From: Dehalococcoidia bacterium | Lineage (GTDB): Bacteria > Chloroflexota > Dehalococcoidia > Lucifugimonadales > UBA3495 | Length of the DNA: 64,000 nt | Direction of reading: 5' to 3' | Assembly (NCBI GenBank): GCA_965232835.1 | Contig: OZ247426.1 | Span: forward strand, 392,509-456,508 | In this document: positions 58,399-64,000 of the stretch, in pieces | Layout: each line of letters starts with the position of its first letter | Numbering within the stretch: the stretch's first letter is position 1 | Translations under genes and position numbers: made by a program | The notes under the pieces: model-generated | Databases searched by the model: none | What the model was told of the DNA's origin: nothing | The model's input: only the letters and a program-made list of their open reading frames with translations

Positions 58399-59235
58399 TC
58401 AGCGCTCGCACTTCGTACTATTGCGGCAGACTATCCAGAAGCAGTGTCGTTTCCTGGCGTGATGGGCGGTTGACCACTTGGTTGAAACCATCGGACCAGT
58501 GCGTACTTTGACAATTAGGTCGCAGACTGTGAACCCTGCGTCTTCTGCCATTCTAATGAAGTCGCAATGGCTCCACTTTGAGCGGTGGCTGTTCACCATG
58601 TCCGTTATCTTAGCTAGCAACAAGCCATCTGGTTTCAGCACCCGCTTGGCCTGCTCCAGGAAAGGCGGATAGAGATAACTCAGGCTCCAGTCGTGCTCCT
58701 TGCCGCAGGCAACAGTTGCGCCAAAATCCTCGTCGAACCTTTTGCTGCTCTTGTCTCTCCCCTGCGGACCGACATGAGGAGGGTCGTAAACGACTGTACT
58801 GAAGGCACTATCGGGGACTCCATCCATTATTCGGTTGTCCCCCAATATCATCGGTTCGAACTTGGGGTTGATGTCCATTGAGACGACCTGCCGCGTAGAA
58901 CCCTTCCAAAACCGTCCCCTGTTGTACGTGGCATCCAATATCGGTTCTGGAGCAATAGACGGATAGAATCGCAACATGTTCTCAATTAAGTCTACGTCGT
59001 TGCCTTCCCACACACTACTAATGGGGGAGTATTCCCCCACGACAGCCAACTCTGTCTGGATCAACCCAGGTACCTCCACGGAACGGGTACCACCACAGAA
59101 AGTACCCGAATTTTCGGACGGATTCAGCATGAGAGCTTCCGTCCAACCGGCCTCTGGTGTGGCCAGTTCAGAATCGGAGACTCTACCATCCACCAATTGG
59201 TGTGCATTTTCAGCCACTCTGGACCTGGAGCGCAA
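58399..59235 (-). CDS. Small SAM-dependent DNA amino-methyltransferase-like protein (DPPH type); start may be ATG 59130
   Basis: Motif I-like ILDATYNRGRFW, motif IV-like VVYDPPH, RVLKPDG and C-terminal HARK. Confidence 0.75.
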   Translation of the reverse strand: MRSRSRVAENAHQLVDGRVSDSELATPEAGWTEALMLNPSENSGTFCGGTRSVEVPGLIQTELAVVGEYSPISSVWEGNDVDLIENMLRFYPSIAPEPILDATYNRGRFWKGSTRQVVSMDINPKFEPMILGDNRIMDGVPDSAFSTVVYDPPHVGPQGRDKSSKRFDEDFGATVACGKEHDWSLSYLYPPFLEQAKRVLKPDGLLLAKITDMVNSHRSKWSHCDFIRMAEDAGFTVCDLIVKVRTGPMVSTKWSTAHHARKRHCFWIVCRNSTKCER

Positions 59236-59358
59236 CTCACAACTGTCAGCAGATTATGACCAGTCTAGATGAGGTAGCTCCAATCCTCCTGGCCCTCTTC
59301 GACAAAAGGGTGAGTTTCTGATGCAGGTTAACGGACCGGAATCCGGTGCATTTACCCC

Positions 59359-60477
59359 TCAGTACCGCACGGTGTCCCAGGGCTGGGGGAACATGCCGAG
59401 CAGCGGCGACACGGTGCCTATGATGTCGCGGTTGATGTCGGCTATGGTGGGGCGGCCGCACATGCCCATGGTGGCGTCCATCTCGTCGCGCAGCATCTCC
59501 AGCACGGAGGTCAGGCCCTCTTCGCCGTTGACCGCCAGGCCCCAGAACAGCGGGCGGCCGATGAGCACGGCGCGGGCGCCGAGGGCGAGAGCCTTGACGA
59601 TGTCGGTGCCGCGGCGGATGCCGCCGTCCATGTAGACCTCAATGTCGCCGTTGGCCGCCTCGACGACCTCGGGCAGGACCTCGATGGTTGTAAATGTGGT
59701 GTCGAGGTACCGGGTGCCGTGGTTGGAAACGATGACCGCCTTGGCACCGCTGTCGGCGGCGTGGCGTCCGTCCTCGCCGACCATCACACCCTTGATGACC
59801 ACGGGCAGGCTCTGGGCGCCGGCCAGCCAGTCGACGTCGTCCCAGGTGGCGCCGGGGTCGCGGATGTCCATCACGCCGGCAGGGGCGTCGGCGGCGAAGC
59901 GCCAGGAATGCTCGGAGAGCTCAATCTGGTCGTAGTTGGGCGAGGAGGCGCCTACGTAGTCGTTGCGGATGTTGCGCTCGCGCTTGGGCTTGATTTTGGC
60001 GTCGACGGTGATGCAGAGGGCGGAGTAGCCGGCCTCGGCGGCGCGAGCGGCCATCTCGAGAGTTAGGCCGCGGTCCTTGAAGAGGTACTGCTGGAACCAC
60101 AGCGGGCCGGAGGCGGCGCCGGCCACATCCTCCATGGTGCGGGCGGCGTGGGAGCTGACAACCATGACGGTACCGGCCTTGCCGGCGGCGCGGGCGGTGG
60201 CCAGCTCGGCGTCGGGGTGGGCCGCCTCGTGATTGCCCGCCGGGTCGAGCATCACCGGGAAGCTGATGCGCTGTCCCAGCACGGTGGTGCTGAGGTCGCG
60301 CTGGCTGATGTCGGTCAGCATCTTCGGGCGGAGCTGAATGCTGTCGAGGACGGCGCGGGTGCGCCTGAGGGTTATCTCGTCGGTGGCCGCGCCGGCGATG
60401 AAGTCGTAGTGTCCCTTTTCCAGCTTCTCGCGGGCGATGGCTTCGTATTCAAATATGTTGACGGGCTCGTTGGCCAT
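59359..60477 (-). CDS. FMN-dependent alpha-hydroxy acid oxidase/dehydrogenase
   Basis: LWFQ-x-Y, PVVIKG, SNHG-x-R, DGGIRRGTD and GRP motifs. Confidence 0.92.
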   Translation of the reverse strand: MANEPVNIFEYEAIAREKLEKGHYDFIAGAATDEITLRRTRAVLDSIQLRPKMLTDISQRDLSTTVLGQRISFPVMLDPAGNHEAAHPDAELATARAAGKAGTVMVVSSHAARTMEDVAGAASGPLWFQQYLFKDRGLTLEMAARAAEAGYSALCITVDAKIKPKRERNIRNDYVGASSPNYDQIELSEHSWRFAADAPAGVMDIRDPGATWDDVDWLAGAQSLPVVIKGVMVGEDGRHAADSGAKAVIVSNHGTRYLDTTFTTIEVLPEVVEAANGDIEVYMDGGIRRGTDIVKALALGARAVLIGRPLFWGLAVNGEEGLTSVLEMLRDEMDATMGMCGRPTIADINRDIIGTVSPLLGMFPQPWDTVRY

Positions 60478-60598
60478 GATTCTTCCTCCTGACTGCCGTT
60501 GGTGGCGGCGAAGGCAGTCTACGGCGGCGCGGGCGGGAGCGTCAAATCATCGGGTAAGATGTCTGTACGAAGCAGCACGAATACCGCAGAGGTCAGGA

Positions 60599-61060
60599 AT
60601 GCCAATCACCAACAAGATCACGCCGTTCCTGTGGTTCGACGGGCAGGCCGAGGCTGCGGCGCGGCATTACGTGTCGCTGTTTCCCAACTCGAGGCTGCTG
60701 GGCGTGAATCCCCTGCCGTCGGGCCCTGGCGAGGGCGCCGCGCTGGTGGAGTTCCAGTTGGAGGGACTGAAATTCACGGCCCTGGACGGCGGCCCGATGT
60801 ACCAGCTGACACCGGCGGTGTCGTTCGTGGTGTCCTGCGAGTCGCAGCAGGAGATCGACCACTACTGGGACGGCCTGCTGGAGGGCGGCGGAACGGAGCA
60901 GCAGTGCGGATGGCTGGTGGACCGCTTCGGCCTATCGTGGCAGATCGTCCCGGCAGAACTGCCGGAGCTCCTCGAGCGAGCGCCGGAGGCGGTGATGGAG
61001 GCTCTTCTGCCGATGGTCAAGATCGACCTGGGGAGCCTGCGGGAGGCGGTGGGGAGTTAG
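60599..61060 (+). CDS. VOC/PhnB-like (3-dmu-9 3-methyltransferase family) protein
   Basis: KITPFLWF, AVSF-x-V-x-C and CGWL-x-DRFGLSWQIVP motifs. Confidence 0.9.
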   Translation: MPITNKITPFLWFDGQAEAAARHYVSLFPNSRLLGVNPLPSGPGEGAALVEFQLEGLKFTALDGGPMYQLTPAVSFVVSCESQQEIDHYWDGLLEGGGTEQQCGWLVDRFGLSWQIVPAELPELLERAPEAVMEALLPMVKIDLGSLREAVGS

Positions 61061-61120
61061 ATGATAATCCGGATGAAGTATCGTTTCACTCGCAGAATAA
61101 GCACATTTCGGTGCGGGAAT

Positions 61121-61858
61121 TTAAAACGCTGAAATAGCTATGACAATTGCCACGATCACCATAATTGCGAGGAAGCTTATATTCTTGAATCGCTTGTATC
61201 GTCTACCCCATCGATTTCGGTTGGCTCTACGTTTGTTGGCTGTAACTAATTGATCATTGGGACTGAGTGAAAGGGCATGGTCGAGATCCCGAAAGGCTTC
61301 ATTAAATTTGTTCAATCCCTGGTAGGCCATTCCCCTATTGTTCCAGGTGCCAGAAATGTTGGGGTCGATTTCGATTGCCTGATTGCAATCATCTATGGCC
61401 TGCTGATAGTTTCCAACGTTGAGATGCAACCAGCCTCGGTTGTGCCAGGCGGTGTGGTTCAGAGGGTCGAGACGGAGTGAGTTATCGATGTCGGAAAGGG
61501 CCTGATTGTTAAGGGAATTTACATCCCCACGGTCTACAACCCATCTCCATTCTCCGACCCAGTCTCTCGTCATTACGTAATCGGGGTCATAGAGCGCAAT
61601 GTTATGGAACGCCCATCCCCGGTGAAGCCAGAATATGGCACGGTTGGCGTCTAAATTGATAGCGCGATCATAGTCGTCTATGGCATCGCCGTAGTCTCCT
61701 TTGGCGAAATGTGCCTCACCACGACGATGGTATACGTCCGGATTGTTGCTGACGAAATTGATGGAGTTTGTAAAGTTGGCAATGGCAAGGTCCCAGTTGC
61801 CGCCCTCGAAGAATTCCATTCCAATCTCATAGGAATCTTGAGCTGCACGAGAGGTCAT
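61121..61858 (-). CDS. TPR protein with a C-terminal transmembrane anchor, lower GC
   Basis: About 5 TPRs (YHRRG, WHNRG, WNNRG); basic patch then a hydrophobic C-terminal tail. Confidence 0.8.
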   Translation of the reverse strand: MTSRAAQDSYEIGMEFFEGGNWDLAIANFTNSINFVSNNPDVYHRRGEAHFAKGDYGDAIDDYDRAINLDANRAIFWLHRGWAFHNIALYDPDYVMTRDWVGEWRWVVDRGDVNSLNNQALSDIDNSLRLDPLNHTAWHNRGWLHLNVGNYQQAIDDCNQAIEIDPNISGTWNNRGMAYQGLNKFNEAFRDLDHALSLSPNDQLVTANKRRANRNRWGRRYKRFKNISFLAIMVIVAIVIAISAF

Positions 61859-62117
61859 GAGGGCTTTCTCCTTACAGCAAATGGTTTGTCCAGTTTACTC
61901 CCCTAGGACTGGAGAAATTCTGCACAACTCAGTGGCGAGGCCGATTGAACAATCGCGAAGTGAACCAGTACGTTTGCACCGAGTTTAGGCAGGTCTCGCC
62001 CTTTCCGATGGATTGGATGCTACTCTAGCACTTGGGTGTATGCTGTCAACACTGTTCCTCTTGATCAACAGCTACTGTTTGGTCTAGAGAGTTCCCAAAG
62101 GTGGAGCGAGATAAAAA

Positions 62118-63131
62118 ATGACCGACTACAACATCTTCGACCTTGGCAACCTGCGGCTGCAGGGCGGGGCTACGTTGCGGGGGGCATGGATCGCGTACAA
62201 GACGTATGGGACGCTAAACGCGGCCAAGGACAACGCCATCGTGTTCCCCACCTTCTTCGGGGGGCAGCACTATGCCAACGAGGCAATCATCGGGCCGGGC
62301 CAGGCGCTGGACCCGGACAAGTACTTCATCGTCGTGCCCAACATGATGGGCAACGGGCTGTCTTCGTCGCCGTCGAACACGCCGATGCCCTACGACCGGG
62401 CCCGGTTCCCGTGGGTGTCGCTGTACGACAACGTCAGCAGCCAGCACCGGCTGGTCACCGAGCTGTTCGGCCTCGAGCGCATCGCCATGGTCGTCGGCTG
62501 GTCCATGGGCGCACAGCAGACCTACCAGTGGGGCGCGCTGTACCCCGACATGGTGGAGCGCATCGCGCCCATCTGCGGGTCGGCGCGGACATCGAGGCAC
62601 AACTTCGTGTTCCTCGAGGGAGTCAAGGCGGCGCTGACAGCCGACGACGCTTGGAACAACGGCTGGTACGATTCCCCGCCGTACAAGGGGCTGCGCGCCA
62701 TGGGGCGAGTGTACGCCGGCTGGGCTGTGTCGCAGGCCTTCTATCGGGAGGAGGTTTACCTGGACATCGGGTACTCGTCGCTGGAGGACTACCTGGTCGC
62801 CTTCTGGGAGGGGCGGAGGCTGTTCGCCGACGCCAATAACTTCCTGGCCATGCTCCGGACGTGGCAGAATGCCGACATCAGCCTGAACGACACCTACAAC
62901 GGCGACTTCGCCAAGGCGCTCGGCGCTATAAAGGCGCGAGCCATCGTGATGCCGGGTCGGACCGATCTGTACTTCCCGCCGGAGGACAACGAGATTGAGG
63001 TGTCGATGATGCCCAACGCCGAATTCCGGCCCATCGAGTCCATCTGGGGCCACCTGGCTGGCAGTCCGGGGCTCAACCCGACGGACGCGGCCTTCGTCGA
63101 GGCCGCGCTGCGCGATTTGCTGGCGAGCTGA
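62118..63131 (+). CDS. Alpha/beta hydrolase, homoserine O-acetyltransferase-like family
   Basis: YKTYGTLN, GNGLSSSPS, GWSMG nucleophile elbow, DLYF and WGH. Confidence 0.85.
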   Translation: MTDYNIFDLGNLRLQGGATLRGAWIAYKTYGTLNAAKDNAIVFPTFFGGQHYANEAIIGPGQALDPDKYFIVVPNMMGNGLSSSPSNTPMPYDRARFPWVSLYDNVSSQHRLVTELFGLERIAMVVGWSMGAQQTYQWGALYPDMVERIAPICGSARTSRHNFVFLEGVKAALTADDAWNNGWYDSPPYKGLRAMGRVYAGWAVSQAFYREEVYLDIGYSSLEDYLVAFWEGRRLFADANNFLAMLRTWQNADISLNDTYNGDFAKALGAIKARAIVMPGRTDLYFPPEDNEIEVSMMPNAEFRPIESIWGHLAGSPGLNPTDAAFVEAALRDLLAS

Positions 63132-63140
63132 GGTGTAGCG

Positions 63141-63929
63141 ATGGCGGACCTGCGATACGATCGATTCCCCGAGGGCCACTACGCGGTCTTCACAATGGAC
63201 CGCCCGGACCGTCTGAACGCGCAGGGGGCGCAGATGCGGGCGGAGCTGCGGGAGGCGCTGGCCGAGTTTTCCCACGATGATGAGATGCGAGTCGGCATCG
63301 TGACCGGAGCTGGCCGGGCGTTCTCGGCCGGGGCCGATCTGCGGGAGATGGCCGAGGGCGGCGGCACCACCCGGGCCAGCCAGACCGAGGAGGAGCGCAT
63401 CGAGGCCTACCGGGGCAACCAGCCCTTTGGCCGCAACCCCAAGCCGTTCATTGCGGCGGTCAACGGGCTGGCCATTGGCGCCGGGATGGAGCGGGCCGCC
63501 GACTGCGACGTCCGCATCGCTTCAACTGAGGCGTATTTCGGCCTGTTCGAGGTAAAGCGCGGCATCCTGGCCAACTACGCCATCAACCACCTGGCGAGGC
63601 TGATGCCCTACGGCGAGGCAGTGTACCTCATGCTGACCGGCGACACGCTGAGCGCAGAGAAGGCCCACAGTATTGGGTTCCTACACGAGGTGCTGGAGCC
63701 CGAGTCGCTGATGCCCCGCGCCGTGGAGATCGCGGAGATGATCGGCGCCAACGCGCCGCTGGCGGTGCAGGGCACCAAGGCAGTGGCGCAGTTCTGGCGT
63801 CGCTACGGCCTGGAGGAGTCGTACCGGCTCAACGCCGCGTGGGGCCAGCGGGTCCTGAACTCGGAGGACGCGAGGGAGGGCCCCAGGGCCTTCGCCGAGA
63901 AGCGCCCGCCGGAGTGGCAAGGGCGGTAG
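63141..63929 (+). CDS. Enoyl-CoA hydratase/isomerase family protein
   Basis: RPDRLNA, AFSAGADL, IAAVNG, EVKRG and EGPRAFAEKR motifs. Confidence 0.9.
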   Translation: MADLRYDRFPEGHYAVFTMDRPDRLNAQGAQMRAELREALAEFSHDDEMRVGIVTGAGRAFSAGADLREMAEGGGTTRASQTEEERIEAYRGNQPFGRNPKPFIAAVNGLAIGAGMERAADCDVRIASTEAYFGLFEVKRGILANYAINHLARLMPYGEAVYLMLTGDTLSAEKAHSIGFLHEVLEPESLMPRAVEIAEMIGANAPLAVQGTKAVAQFWRRYGLEESYRLNAAWGQRVLNSEDAREGPRAFAEKRPPEWQGR

Positions 63930-63961
63930 GTCGGTACCCAGCGGGAGTGAAAGGGCGATTG

Positions 63962-64000
63962 CAATTTAGTTGCAACATGCCATTGTCTGAATCAGGATTC
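63962..64000. repeat. MITE-like repeat (copy 2, truncated by the window end)
   Basis: CAATTTAGTTGC...ATTGTCTGAATCAGGATTC matches 50850-50888 with identical spacing. Confidence 0.65.

Noticed and set aside
62118-63131. Calling this gene metX
   Set aside because: It lacks the HALTG/GWW motifs of true MetX, so only a family-level call is supported.

Overview
High-GC bacterial chromosomal segment. The gene content points to Chloroflexota, class Dehalococcoidia (SAR202-like): an LLM/F420 oxidoreductase, PAC2, DinB, CaiB, crotonase paralogues, divergent PlsY copies, PT-rich lipoproteins and a Gram-positive-type LexA box. This taxonomy is inferred, not proven. Left end: two back-to-back cobalamin riboswitches control a cbiE-like gene (running off the window, apparently ATT-initiated) and a btuC-btuF-btuD-cobT-cobS-cbiB-cobD-cobU-pduX cobamide uptake/completion operon. 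Middle: housekeeping genes (moxR-DUF58 cluster, ribH, ino1-pimA-pgsA, an atypical kinase + PP2C pair, prmA, dnaJ, rny, ymdB, recA-recX, trpS, acuC-like, hspR-grpE-dnaK). Two selenoproteins are split or truncated in the ORF track: a UXX-star glutaredoxin-like protein next to recA, and SelD. Right end (53-62 kb): a mosaic with three lower-GC islets, namely a stand-alone RelA/SpoT synthetase, a membrane-anchored TPR protein, and the best novelty candidate, a two-gene operon pairing an Eco29kI-family GIY-YIG endonuclease with a small phage-type DPPH amino-methyltransferase instead of the usual C5-cytosine methyltransferase. Several MITE/REP-like intergenic repeats are present. No tRNA, rRNA, CRISPR array, transposase or integrase was seen.
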